The translations under genes and the position numbers were made by a program. 64,000 nucleotides of DNA from Amoeboaphelidium protococcarum X5 (lineage: Eukaryota; Fungi; Aphelidiomycota). Location of the stretch: positions 459,053 to 523,052 of the forward strand of contig JALDTO010000215.1 in assembly GCA_023515725.1 (NCBI GenBank). Direction: 5' to 3'. Below are positions 1 to 15,111 of this stretch, piece after piece. Positions within the stretch are counted from its first letter, which is position 1, and each line of letters opens with the position of its first letter. Under the pieces are notes generated by a model. It searched no databases. It saw only the letters and a program-made list of their open reading frames with translations, and was not told the origin of the DNA.

Positions 1-1
1 T

Positions 2-1678
2 GATTTTGACAAGATCATGGATACGCCTGATGTTTACACTGCACCTGTAGAGGAACCATACAAAGAGAAGGAGCAGTTGAACAGTTGGCTGATGGACGCT
101 CAAGCTCGTGACCAATTGGCAACTCTGGTTGGTGAGGAGACTTGCATCTATTGGAATAGTGCTCACATCAGTGCCATTGATCCTATCCACGCGCGTAATA
201 ACTGGACTGAGAATATCTTCAAGTGGTCGCCTCAGGGCACTTATCTCGCCACTATGCACAAGCAAGGTATTGCTCTGTGGGGTGGCAAGTCCTGGGAGAG
301 AATGGCCAGATTTGTTCATCCTAACGTGAGATTATTGGATTTTAGTGCCAAAGAGTCCTATTTGACCACTTGGAGTCCAGAGTCATCCACCTAGAAGGAT
401 GATAATCTTCGTATCTGGGACATCAAGACTGGAAAGTTGCTGCGTGCTTTCAAAGTGGAAGATTCTGCTCTAAAGTATGATGGAGCTAATTTCAAGAACT
501 GGCCTCTGTTCAAATATTCCACTTCCACGGAGAACTATGTCGCCAAGCTGAATGACAAGAGCGATTTGGAGGTGTTCGAGCTTCCTAGAATGACTTCAGA
601 TACGCTCAAGTTGGGCAAAGTACATGACTTTGCATGGCGACCAGGTCACGATGAGTTGGCCTACTGGGTGCCTGAAGACAAGAATATCCCTGCCAAGATT
701 GCCGTCGTTGATGTCCGCAGCAAGAGTGTGATCCGTACCAAGAACTTGTTCTTAGTTGCCGACCTGCAAATGCATTGGCAGTCTGAAGGCAAGTTTATGG
801 CTGCGTAGGTTGAGAGATATACAAAGACCAAGAAGAGCACGTTCACGAACATTGAACTGTTTGACATGACTGAGAAGGGAGTGCCAGTACTGGTGTATGA
901 GGGCCTAAAAGATAAGTCTATCATTTCGCTGGCGTTTGAACCCACTGGTAATCACCTTGTAATGTTGAGCACTGATGATAGTAGAACCTTTTACACTGTG
1001 GCCAAGGTTCAATAGGATATTAAAGAGGTGCACACTGAGGAGCGTAAGAATGCCAGTATGGTGAAGTGGTCTCCGAATGGAAGATTCTTTGTGGTTGGCG
1101 CTCTGAAGTCGGCGGGTGAATTTGACATTTACGATGTTGAAGGTGGTGATTTATCTATGCCTCTGTGTACATGTTCCCACTTTAATGCCTCAAGCGTTGA
1201 ATTTGATCCAAGCGGTAGGTATCTGTTGTCGCTGGTTAGCTATTTCAACATTGTATCTGAGAATGGGTTCATCATTTGGAATATGAAGGGTGAGATTGTG
1301 AGTAAGAATGTCTTACCTAAATGCAAGATGGCCGAGTGGAGACCGCGACCACCTTCTATGTTGAGTGCAGAGCAGATTAAGGATATCAAGAAGAATCTGA
1401 GCAAGTACAGCCAGAAGTACGATGAGTAGGATAAGAAGTTCTAGAGTGGTATGGATCTGCGTGCTCGCCAACACAGAGCAACGCTGAGGAGCGAGTGGCT
1501 GGCATGGCGTGCAGAGTGTGCCAAGTGGGCTTTATAGACAAAGGATGAGCATGTTAAATTGTTGGGTGATAATGCAAAATCTGATCAAGACTCTGGCGCT
1601 GAATAATTGGAGCAGTACGAAGAAGAAGTGGAGGAAATTGTCGAGGAGACTGTCGAAGTTGTTAAAGATTCAGAGTGA
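2..1678 (+). CDS. PRT1: Translation initiation factor eIF3 subunit b (5'-partial)
   Basis: One frame joins track ORFs 17-394, 437-808 and 1028-1429 through TAG/TAA. Motifs: WTE..KWSPQGTYL.T.HKQGIALWGG, ELAYWVPE...PAK, WSPNGRF, FDPSGRY, WRPRPP. Ends at TGA 1676-1678. Confidence 0.95.
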
Positions 1679-2170
1679 TTCTATTAATTAATTCAGGATT
1701 AGAATTTATTACTTTGATCTATATTAGAAGCTTCATCTCATTTCAATAGTGTTTTGTCTTGAGCGGTCCAATCTTGAGAGAACTTCGGTTATTGCTGCAT
1801 TTAATATTACAATAGCTTCCACTGAGATAGTTGATGGTACAAGTAGATTCCATTTGATGTTGTAACTTTTATCATAGCACTCAGAACTAAAAACGGAACT
1901 AAATCGCGTCAATCTCTCACTCAGTCCTCACTACAAACTGATTACAGTATAGCTTATCTATAAGATAAAATCTATTTACTGTAGTCGTTGCAAAGATCAA
2001 AATGCTGTCCAAAAATTTTGCGCCTCTTGCGGCCAAGTGTAAACACAGATTGACAGTCTTAAGGAGATAGCAATCTTTATAAGTAGATTTAAATACAAAT
2101 CCATGCCAGTCACGCCGTTTAAAGAAATCTAATATATTTCATCAAAAACGGTACATATATTCCAAAATCT

Positions 2171-4213
2171 TCACACAGACTCTTGGCTACTATTCTGCTC
2201 ATACATGGGGAGGTCGGCAGATGGCTATACGTCGACGCGATCCACGATGGGGTGATCATCGTGGCCTTCAAGCGCGCCAACTGTGTTGATGTGCTCAATA
2301 TCTTGGTAGTCTTCATCTTGGACTTCCAACTCAACCGAATCATTAGAGAGGAGAGTTGCTTTGAGATTAGTATGCTTCCTCATCAGCGCTTAGTTGTGCT
2401 CCAGTACATTGATCAGATACAGTTTAATGCCAAGATTCTAACATTGCTTAGATATCTGCTTCAGACCATCCATAGCAGAAAAGTCAAATATTTCCAACTC
2501 TATACAATCAATTAGGACAACTCCGTCAATTAGTTCTTCAACATTATCATCAACGGATTGCTCCTACTAACTCTAAATCTTACGCTCAAAATTCTACCGC
2601 ACCTGCCAAGAGACTTCCTGTACAAAAGTTCTCACAGAGCCAAAAAATAATAATCCACTCGGTTTACAGAATAGAACCTTACGCCGCCGTTAAGTGGAAT
2701 CGTCTGTCTTTTAATCTATCAAGAGGTCAGCCGTCCACTAGGGAGCCTGGTGCAAATCATCACTGAAGGTAATTTGGAGAGAAGATGATGCCTGGATGGT
2801 GAATACCAAAACTGACCAGACCAGCCCGGCCGCTAAAGCATACGCCAAATTGGTCAATACTGCCATCACAGTCACCAAGATTATGGTAATATAGTCGGTA
2901 ATATTAGCCTACCGCTTCCACAAATACTTGAAAAACTTCCACTCGAATGTATGAATAACCACGACAAAGAGAATTCCAGTCAGACTGGCGATAGGTAGCA
3001 ATTCAATGGCAGGACCAGCGAATGCAATCATTAGTAGAATGAAAATGGCTGCAAATACGCCAGCAAGTCTATTCTGTGATCCATTTAGAATATTAACCGT
3101 CGACTATCCAATCATAGTGTTACCGCCAATAGACTAAAATAGTCCAGAGAATATACAGCCAACACCCTGAGCCATGAGCTCTTGCAGTCCATTCTTTGGC
3201 TTTAATTTCCGTTTTAAATACACAGTTATGAGCTAAAGAGTAAGTAGGTTTTCGGTTATGGCTACAGCAGCTAATATCGCGGCATATTTGAGAATAAGAG
3301 GCCACGTTTGTGATCTTTGACCATCAATCTAAGGGAAGTAAAATGTCGGTAGATCGCCCGATAATTTTGCGACATCGCCAACCACTTTAGTTGATACTTT
3401 GAATGCAGTGCGATATATGACATGTTCTACAAATGTAGCCACCAACATGGCAGTTAGAGAGGCAGGTATCAGCTTGGAACTTATAACAAATCGGCCAACA
3501 CGAACAGTCTTTTTAATTTTAGGCTGCAAGAACATAATCGCCATCACGATCGCTACTAAAATTAATACCAGCCACGTCTATAATTCACCAAGCGTTAACC
3601 ATCTCTGTGGAATGCCGGCAGTTTCATTGGGAGCAGGACATCCGGTAGGCTCTGGATTAAAGTCTTGCGCCGACTAATCGTCCACCTGGAATGCGCCAAG
3701 CTAGCTCCGAAAGACAATAATAGCTAGTCCATTAACAAATCCGATTGCGATAGTCTATGGTAGAAGCATGAATAATCGATGGATCTGCAATAATCCGGCA
3801 ATCATTTAAAACAAACCACAGAATACAATGGTAATATAGATGAGATTCAAACGCTCAAACTCGCATATACCAAGCGCCTTCATCTCGTAAACCATTTCTT
3901 AAACGACCACAACCATAGCGCCAGCGATACCTGAGATCATACCAGGCCTACCTCCGAGTGCAGCAGCGAACAGCACCATAAAGAATGTAGAATATAGTCC
4001 GCGAATGGGTGAGATCTAGGCTATGAAAGCGAATGCAATCGACTCCGGAACTTGCATGATACCGACAGAGAAGCCACTTAGAATCTCCACATTAAATTAC
4101 AGTGGATTCGTACGATAATACTAAACAGTGCCGGAAGAATATTTATATAGCGAAAATGGCGCATACTTGACTAGTTTAGCTAGTTGAGATAAACTTTGGC
4201 GGAGATTTGACAT
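2171..4213 (-). CDS. SulP/SLC26 anion transporter with C-terminal STAS domain, intronless
   Basis: With TAR=Q: [61 protein letters not shown]-like GLLFFGS and [13 protein letters not shown] 4213, TGA 2171-2173. Confidence 0.9.
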
Positions 4214-4622
4214 TATCTATTTTCAAATTTTGTACCCATAGATTTCAAGCGACAAAGGAAATCCGATCAAAAGAGCGCGTGTGTCGATTGATGACGAGGC
4301 GATCGATGTGCTGTTGAAATTCTGTTGAATGAGTGAATGAAGTTGACTACTACAAGAAGGCAACGCGTAGAAGCTCATGTGATGAGCATACATTCCCATC
4401 TTTTTAGGAGGGAAAGTTAGGCATCGATATTCGCGTGAATGCTACAGTAAGTCAGAACTGCGATCTACATACTTTTCCTGGGCACGTTTACATAGAATGG
4501 GTTGGTTAATTAGTGTTGTGTTGCTTGATTGCGTTGAAATGTCCACTCGCGAACTAAAGTTTAAAATGCATCTCTTACATTTTCCCATCTTTATATAATT
4601 CTATCTATATAATTGTGAAGAA

Positions 4623-6836
4623 TCACGGAAACTGACCAATTTCTACCAGTACTACCAATTGCTTGGAAATCTTCCCTCCATCGATACCACCTTATCCTCC
4701 TTTGTAAACTTGGTCACTATAATCTTCAAACGATGCAACGTCTTCCTTCTGCGACAGCCTTACGAACTTACATGATGAGACATCGAGATTCAGTTCATTG
4801 ATAAAACATTCAAACGATTCAGCCCAAGAGAAGGCACTAACAACAATAGAGACGTCAGAACTCTAGTAGATTCTGTATACATTCTTGTTGGAAATTCCAT
4901 GCGAATCCACAATAACATTATCAGCAACGTATTCAAGGTTACGACAATTAAACTCCTTGCTATTCAAAATAAAATCAGGCCATTTAGCACCAGGAGCAGA
5001 GTAAAACGGCACAACAACATGAGCATATTCCTCGATTAGATTTAAGTTCTCCAGTGAAAGATTCTCAAACGTGATAGCTTCAGGATGCAACTCGTACATC
5101 AAATGCTTGAAGAATTCCTTTAAGCCAATACCTTTAACTCCACCTTGTCGAGATGCTAAACAAATTGCAGATGCCATCAAAGCATCCAGCCACTAATCAT
5201 CACTCACGGTATGAGATGCTTTTTTCAATTAAGAAAGGCTTAGACTAGATCTAACTTTTTCATCTTGCAGCATCTCTTTCAAGCAAACTCGCAAAGGACA
5301 TACCGAAGAACCTCTATATATAGCTTTGTATCCCAGCCCACCCAACATTACCAAATGCAACAACAAATCATCTTCAGGAGATGGAAAAGCCGACTTTGGA
5401 CACCACGGAGAATAAACTTTCGAATCTACAATAAGTCCATCGGTAGACACAACCGTTGGTTCATAATCAAGCAACAACCGTCCATAATGGTAATTAATAA
5501 GATATGCGGAGTCATCATAATTGCTAGCTGTATGACAAGCATTCAGCGCCAATGCCACCTATGCACGCTGCCCGGCAATACACAATTCATTTCCTAATTC
5601 CTTGTAATCCCTAAATCTCTGGAACAATTCACTAAAAACCTTGTCAATGTCTTGTACTTTCTACAGCAGATTGTAAGCATCTAATGCGAACAATGGTCGA
5701 GAACTACAAAGTATTTTATGCCATAATGGTTGAGACTCTGCTACACTAGAAAACATTTATTTAAAAACTTTAGGTAGACGCGTGTAAATGACGCTCCACT
5801 AACGCTATTGGGATCTACTACAGGAACCGTCATCGTCTTACCTCACATTCGCCACCTGAACATCAGTACCCATAGTTATGACCATGATACCAACAGTCAA
5901 GAAGCAATTGCGAATAAAGTTCAGCAGTTTTTCATTAATTGAATCCTCACTCTCAGTGCGAGGTAAAAATTCATCCAGAATAACTACAGGCCTATTGGAT
6001 GCATCAAATTTACTACGTACCAAGGATGCGAGTTCTGTGCCTTCAAACTTCTTCACTTTAACTTCAGCTTACTTTCCATAAATATCATCAAAAAGCAGCT
6101 AGCGAATAAAGTCAAATACATATAGTTTATTCTCAAGCAACTGATTTCTTGATTCACTTGGAGACATTTTCGCATTAAAATCGGACTCAACGCACTTCAT
6201 GAACAGCGCCGATGGTGATTCGAAATAACGATAAATATGCTAAGTACTCAGACTTTAAACTATACAGTTGAGATAGTAAACTTTACGCGCAGAACTTTGC
6301 ATCAAGCTTTTGTGGTACAGAGTCATGGCCAACTACGATTTACCACATCCAGAAGAGCCTTCAATGAAGATAAATGGAAGCTCAATTCTTTCATTGTACA
6401 GATCATAGACTTTCTACTCCACATTTTTGACAATGTCACTATTCAACATCAACTGCGCGACGCGTTAATAAGCTTCAAATTCAGAGATAGGCCCTTCCAA
6501 TTTGGAAAATGTAGCATTTCCAACCTAGAGATTACGATCAGGCACTGTAATGACAATTCGATTCTCTAACGAGCCATACCCAGCGGATTACAGATCTTAA
6601 ACAGTGAAACTACTCGGACACTCAATACCATTGTCAAATTAGATCTAGTTAAGATATACCTTCATATCGCTAATAACATAATCTGGCCACTTAGGTATTT
6701 TAGCAACGGCCTTGCACAGGTCAGGCAGGCTAGAATCTTATGCGACTTTTTTACATTCTTCAATGTTAGTTTCGTTACCCTCCTCTTTAATGTACACAAG
6801 ATCAAAAAAGACCAATACGTCCCCCTTATCATCCAT
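4623..6836 (-). CDS. Crinkler (CRN)-family effector-like protein with P-loop NTPase
   Basis: A single frame links track ORFs 5838, 5229 and 4863. N-terminal header ends in RIVITVP (CRN HVLVxxP-like). Walker A PFIFIEGSSGCGKSQLA, Walker B PVVILDEF. Confidence 0.75.
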
Positions 6837-7682
6837 ACCTGTGTGATGTATCGAAATGGGGATTCAATATTATGATGAAATGCCTATATGAATGCGAAAT
6901 CCGATGTGGTAAATTGTTCGAGAACGAAAGAAAATGGCCGCGTCGGGTCAGCGATTTCTGTATTTTGATTGGAGTTTCCAGATTCATTCGCGTGTTTCGG
7001 TTTCGATATCTTCTTCTGGTGATAATTGATTTAATGTTTCAATATCGGTTATGACTATTAGTAACAGGAGGGTATTTCTAATCGCTTAAAGTCTGTAGAC
7101 TTGAATCAAAATCAGTTTTGTGAGGCGTTCTTCAGGTAAACTTACGGAACATCTGCATGAAACTAAGTTGAAATAATCTCATCCATTTGAATTCAATAAT
7201 TTGATTCTTGGAGATAATAGTTTTGAATCGTTTATTATTATAGCTGATAATTTACTAAATTGCAGCTATGCTTATTCAATATTCGCCGTGTTGCAAGCAA
7301 TGCTGGAAAATGATTCGGAAGGTTAATACTATCGTGGCGACATGAACCATACAGTAATATGCCAATAAATGAACTAATTAAAAGTTATAGCGGACCTTTA
7401 AGCGGCGCCAGAACTACTATAAATTAAATGATTTAAACATTGTATATACTACACGGGTTTTAGCGTTCAGCTTTGACTTATTCTGCATTTCAGTTACCGT
7501 TATTATTTATAAAACTGAGACTTCGTTGATATGCTGATTGGACCACAATTTCAACGCCATTATATAGGCACTATCGCATAAACAAGTGATTTATTTTTCA
7601 ATTCTTTATACACTGCAATATTTTAGTTGTTTGAAATAGAAAGTAAATATCTAAACTTACGAATCACCATCATCAATTTAGA

Positions 7683-9563
7683 ATGTCCTTCCTGCATCAT
7701 GATATGAGTCCTCTGGACCCGCTTGTCCTCAAGAAGTAAGAGAAAGATAATTAGAAGCCTGCGTAGTCTACACGCGTCAAGAGCACTGGCTTGGATAGTC
7801 TATACGTTAAACCGTAGACTGAAGTTGCAGCTGTAAAGTAGAATGGCAAGACAGTGCCATATGATCATTTCTCTCACGGCGGAATGACCCTTGATGGAGC
7901 CACTTAATAGCAACAGCCCAACAATGTTGAGACAAGTAGCGGCAATAAAAAGAAGAGCGCCGCGAAATCAGAATTTGAACATCCAACTGTCTTCAATGGC
8001 GTATCTACTGATGGCAAGACGCGTAGTATCAAGTCGGGCCTGAGTCGCAAAGTTAATCCAAATGAGCCTGAGCATAGAGTTGCCAATGAGCAGCGTCAGA
8101 AGGAAGACTACTTAAAGTCGCTGAAGGATCAGATGCACGAGCAGAGACGTCAGGCGTTAGGGTAGTCTTAATCAAGCACTGATCCAGCCACATCACTGCC
8201 AATTGGTAAAGATCCTGTTGTCGGTCATTCTAAGCTGGTGGGCTCGGTATCACGCCCTGATAAGTATCAATAGAAAAGTATGAATCCAACTGACAATGTG
8301 AACACTCGTTTGGCGCGTACCTTTGAGCGCAAGGTAGATCCGGTTGGTGATCAAACTCTTGATCAGTGGTAGTAGCAGAAGGAGCAGCAAATTAGAAGGC
8401 GCAATGAAGAGAAGTAAGAATGAACCGAGGCCTAGGATGGAATCTACGATAAGATTGTCTAATCTTCTCAGATGCATAAGTAGGAGCAAGAGAGAAAGCG
8501 CTAGAGAAGATTGACATTATAATCGCAGAATCCATCCAAGAGGAAGGCTGCAGAGTATCTTGTTGATTTGAAATCTCAACTTTAAGAAGAGCAGCAGCGA
8601 AAGAAGGCTGGTGAGGTCGATACATCGTTAACTACTTCCAAAGTCAGAGCAAGACGCTAATCAGCGCTTGATCCTACCAATGTCAGTGGAAAATTTTATG
8701 ATGGTGGACGCGTTGATTCATTGTATGGTCGAATGGCAGACGCAGAGTTGAAGATTGGAGATTAGAATGCTAATAAGCGCAAATTTCATCGTCAATCTCT
8801 AGATGCTACTGAATAACGTTACAAAATGGACCAAATCGCTCAGATACGCCGCGATCTGGAGGAGGTCAAAATAGATTAGGAGATTACCAGGAAGCGTGAG
8901 TCTGAGTTGGAGCAGGGTCTTGTCAAGTTGCATCTTGATCATTTCCCGTACGGTAAAGAGCATTTGGTACCAAAGTCTGGTAAACACGCCTGGACTCATA
9001 ATGGCAATGATCCGGAAGATGTGCTTGAAATACGACGTCAGCAGCGAGAGTAATATCAGCGAGAGTTGAGCTAATTTGATCGCGAGTAAAAGCTATAACA
9101 ATCCAAGCGAGAAGCAGAAGAAAGATAGAGGACGAACCAGCACCTGGAAACTGATTACTGGAAATGGAATAGGGACGAGTTGCGTAAAGCAACCAAACCT
9201 CGCCAAGTACATGCCATAAGTCCAGAGTAGCTAGAATTGAGACATAATCTTGATTCGTAGGTAGCATCCCAGCGTGAGAATCATTAGCGAGATATACAGC
9301 ACGATCGATCATACTCTACAGAGCATTATGAAAATCATTTTGTGAACAAGATGGGTGCTGGCGGGAGAGTTTAGAGTCCAACGCTGAAATCATTTACGCG
9401 TACTTTTGAAGAAGCTGACAATGAAAGACCATACTCTCCACACAGTCGACCACCTGCTAATTTGAAGCTGAATTCTTTTTCCAAAGATTTCTATACTCAC
9501 ACTGATCATGATAAACATCGAAATCGGCGCGACAATATGAAAGATTTGATGATGCATGAATGA
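7683..9563 (+). CDS. Q/E/R-rich coiled-coil protein of unknown function
   Basis: About 626-codon frame open under TAR=Q (spot-checked). Repeated Y-L-x2-L-x2-Q-x2-E-Q-x-R motifs (KEDYLKSLKDQMHEQRR, AEYLVDLKSQLQEEQQRR). TGA 9561-9563. Confidence 0.75.
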
Positions 9564-9731
9564 TGAATGAATGGTTAATTGACATGATGATGAATAAAAT
9601 GAAGTACTTAGGTGATCTGTCTTACATTCCCGCTCATTGATCCCACCTTTACATAGAATATACTTCCAAGTTTATCAACTATAGCAAAGATACAAGTTCA
9701 ATAAATCTATTTTTTCTTCAACGCACAATGT

Positions 9732-10719
9732 TCAACTAACGATTGAGGATGCGACAGAGGCATCACGTCTCAGCTTCTAAAACATCGTCTATGCCACATT
9801 ATATACGTAATCAATGTCCGGGCGATCATCTGGATTAGCTATTAAGCATTTGGATACCAGATCTCTGAGCTCTGGAGAATATGTGTTACTTAATGGAGGA
9901 AACTCAACCTTTTCGATTTTCTGACATAATAAATATAGATTCATCTGCTCACCATAGAATGGACTATGCAGAGCTGCGAGTTCATACAAGAGACAGCCCA
10001 AACTCCAAATATCGCTCTTGAAATTGTATCCGGCTTCATGAATACGCTCCGGACTCAAATAATATGGTGTACCAACAAGAGAATAAGCAGCCTGGGTGGT
10101 GGCTCCAAAGAACCGTCCCAATCCTAAATCGCCCATCTTTACCACACCTTGAGCAGTTATAAAAACATTAGCCGGTTTGATATCTACACATAAACGTAGT
10201 CATCTTAAAAGTCAATATTAATAAATCAAATCATTAGAAGAAAGTACCAACCTCTGTGCATAATACGCCTGCTATGCATATGTTGAATGGCACTGCAAAC
10301 TTGAACGAAGTACTTCCAAACCGTCTTCTCAGGCATCGTCTTATTCTGAGCTTTAAAGAACTTTATCATTTTGAGCAAATCTCCAGCATCTGCCAGCTCT
10401 AACACTATAATCAAATCCTTCTTATCCACAAATGACTCCATGTACTTTATTATATTAGGATGATCCAGAGACTTGAGCAGGTCAGTCTCTTTGATACAGT
10501 CATTTCTAGCCTTTTCATCAGTCATCTCAAATATCTACAAGGTTTCATTATAGTAATAAACTCAATCTAAGACATGAAACTATTTTAATGAGACCAATAT
10601 CTTACAGGAATTTTTTTGAGAGCTACAATGACCTCAGTCCTAACATCCCTGGCTCTATACACTTCACTGAACTGGCCTTTACCAACCCGCTTCTCGATCA
10701 CATAGTTTTATAAACTCAT
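9732..10719 (-). CDS. NEK7: NIMA-related kinase of the NEK6/NEK7 type, 2 introns (10535-10605, 10184-10251)
   Basis: [77 protein letters not shown] match animal NEK6/7 closely. GT-AG introns restore the frame. Confidence 0.92.
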
Positions 10720-11166
10720 TTCTATTCAAATCTTGATTTAAAAAGTTGGGAATATGCTCTAGTTAAAATAAACCCAGCTTAAAACGAGATATAATTAAAA
10801 CAAAATAGTATACTACACTAGATACCCCACTTTCACTAAGAGAAAAGGGAGAGTTTCAAACAGAAAAGATCATCGTCGCCCCGTGAGCCGCGCTTGGATG
10901 AAACAGTTGACGTATAATCTTTGCATAGTGGACCCAGGCTACTAAATAGGACATGATTATAAATCTCCCACCATCCATCCATGAGAGTAAGTAAAGAACA
11001 GAAAGTAATATTCAGTCCCACTATTTAATATTGCGCCTCAGTCGTGTCCTGATTATTTCACTGTTAGCTATCATGCACTCAGATTTATAACGCGCAACTG
11101 GCTTGCGAATTTTCCACTTCCAGCATCAGCAAGCTTGTTGTTTTCAAAGTGCTAAAGACCTTCGCA

Positions 11167-11628
11167 ATGAAGAGATCTAGTGATAAGTTTGAGTCACTTA
11201 CAGTTGCTGAATTACGGAATTAATTGGAACAGAAGTAAATTAACACTGACGGCCTTAAGAAGAAAGAGTTAGTTGAGCTGATGAGGTAGCATTAATCATA
11301 TGCTGATAGTTCTACATCGCGGAATGAGGGCGACACTGGCAGTAAACGATAAAGAACTTCAAGTCCAAGTCCCGAATCAACGTCTCTTAAATAAGAAGTA
11401 TCAGGTGATTCAATAAATGGTGAAGTTTAAAGATCTGGGCCAGATAATGGCTAAGCTGAACGCGTAGAAACACCGTCTCCACGAACAGACACGTTGAATG
11501 TAGTCGAAGGGGATGAATATGACTCTGGTATGCCAACCGAGGATGATCTAATACGACTTGGATTCAAGAAGACAATCACCTAACCGCATTTGTTTTATAA
11601 GCCACTCCAGCAGCATACAACTGAATGA
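11167..11628 (+). CDS. SAP-domain protein
   Basis: FESLTVAELRNQLEQKQINTDGLKKKELVELM is a SAP consensus, followed by a low-complexity tail. TGA 11626-11628. Absent from the ORF track. Confidence 0.7.
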
Positions 11629-11750
11629 TCTGCTGTGTAATACCATGAGACTTTTAAATGAAACTTTCGTGTTGGAGTTTTATTCTTCTTTTCGTTTCAA
11701 GTTTGGTCTCGTCACTATTTAGATTTCTCTTTGTTACATACTGCATTGCA

Positions 11751-12954
11751 ATGGAGTAGTAACATGAACATAGTTTTGTACATCAATAGTGGGTCCACTG
11801 TGAAAGGTAAATTATTTTTAAGTAGCAGACATATAGTAATAGCATCAAATATTGTAGTTGTTTATGGGATTATGGCACATAGCAAAGAAGATCACGCGCC
11901 GAAGTGGAGATGGGTGTTCAGATATCTCATTCGTCAGATGATAGATCCTTGGCAATACTATTGTGTAGTCACATTGTGTGTACTTCATGCATTCAAAGTC
12001 AAAGACGTAAATATGTTAGTACATCAAAATTGTACTTAATATTAACACACGCTTTGTAGCTCGAGATATGGCCGTGGTGTGTCCAATATGCAATGAGTTT
12101 GTCGCGTTTCACCTCACCAATTAACGCGTAAGTTTTGTAACAAATTTGAAATCTCATGTTTATACACTTTAATAATGTAGCTTCCAGAGAGTATATAAAG
12201 CTTTATGGGAGATCCTATCGTAATACTTGAGTAAATTACAGAGACTTTCAAGTTTCAGACGAGCAAGTCGAACAATCTAATGGACACGCTGAAACAGAAA
12301 CTCGTTTCACAAAAATTGCAGATTGATCAGCTGGTTCTGGAAGTGAAGAGACTGCAAGCGATCGAAGAGCAGTATCAAGAACTGCGTTTGCAAATACAAG
12401 GGGACGGATATGCTGGTCAGAGAGGAGCTCCATTCATGCGTTCCCATGCACAGTCACCGCCTCACCATCTGGATGTGCCATAGTAGTCAAGCAGTAACAG
12501 CAATAGTAAGAATCCTTTTACTCATCAGTACTCAGCTGAGAACAATAGGAAACGTCAATGGTCTGACAGTCGGATGAGATCAAATTTAAGTGACAGAGAG
12601 ATCAGAACTCCAAACTATAGTAGAGGCCGCTCTAGCTCGATGAAGTTTCAGAATCCCACTACCCCGATGCAGACATCACAGAAGCAATCTGGCATCAATT
12701 AATAGCTGTTCTCAGTGTAATAGCCTCGTTCAAGATCTGCGCGTCCGTTCTCTCATCAGCATTTGGTATCCACATCTTCACTAAGCAGTAAGAGTAATAA
12801 TAATTAAAATAGTGGTCCTAGATTACCCTCTCGTTCATCATCATCAATGCTGAAGTAAGTGAAGAATATGAACGTCACGTCTCCATATCTACGAAGTCGT
12901 CCAGTCACGTCAATAATTGGCAAATCTACTCCCAACAAGAAACGATGGATTTGA
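11751..12954 (+). CDS. RNF212/Zip3-like meiotic RING protein, 3 introns (11807-11857, 12007-12059, 12128-12180)
   Basis: Spliced product: WVHCESC...LLCSHIVCTSC...VCPICNE, then LPESIQSFMGDP...FKFQ, a coiled coil and an S/T/P-rich tail. This is the Zip3/RNF212 architecture. Confidence 0.72.
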
Positions 12955-13069
12955 TATGATCGTTGTTTTAAGATATGAACGCAGTCTCTCTCTCTTTCTA
13001 TAATAGTAATAATCTATGCCAACTTCAAAATTATTTAAGATGAAAATGTCATGAAGGAATCAATAACAA

Positions 13070-14590
<1,521 letters not shown>

Positions 14591-15111
14591 ATCTAAAATA
14601 ATTCAATTAATATTTACTATGTGTATATAGACGGTATAAAGTATCAATGTTTAACTACAGTATTGCTATTCTCTGACTGAGCAACGAACGGCAAGAAAAC
14701 TTGTTGAAACAATCAATCAAAAACATGTGAGCTACAATTTATAATTAACATTTGCTGAAACTTACAGCGTAATGTATCGCTTTTAAAAGCTATTTATCTC
14801 AATAAAAGAAAAAAGTTAACTTGACGTCTACTGGTTCCAGAGTATTGTTCTGGATGGTCTAGATTACAAGTTTCTAGTAAACCGGCCGCGTTGTGATTGA
14901 TCCACTAATAACACGAAGCTTTAATTAGAATTCCAGGAATTCGATTCGCATATAGCCGATGACCAACTTGGTCTTTTCTACTTCTGTCATGAGATTACGC
15001 CTTGTGAATGACTGATCTTTTTTATAAACAGATCATTATCATTATTGACGATATTTTAACAACTTTGATTGTTATTGGTATAACCGATTGATTGATTATC
15101 TTAAAGTAATA

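Noticed and set aside
7050-7450. Possible small + strand gene
   Set aside because: Open stretches exist, but there is no consistent start, splice model or motif.
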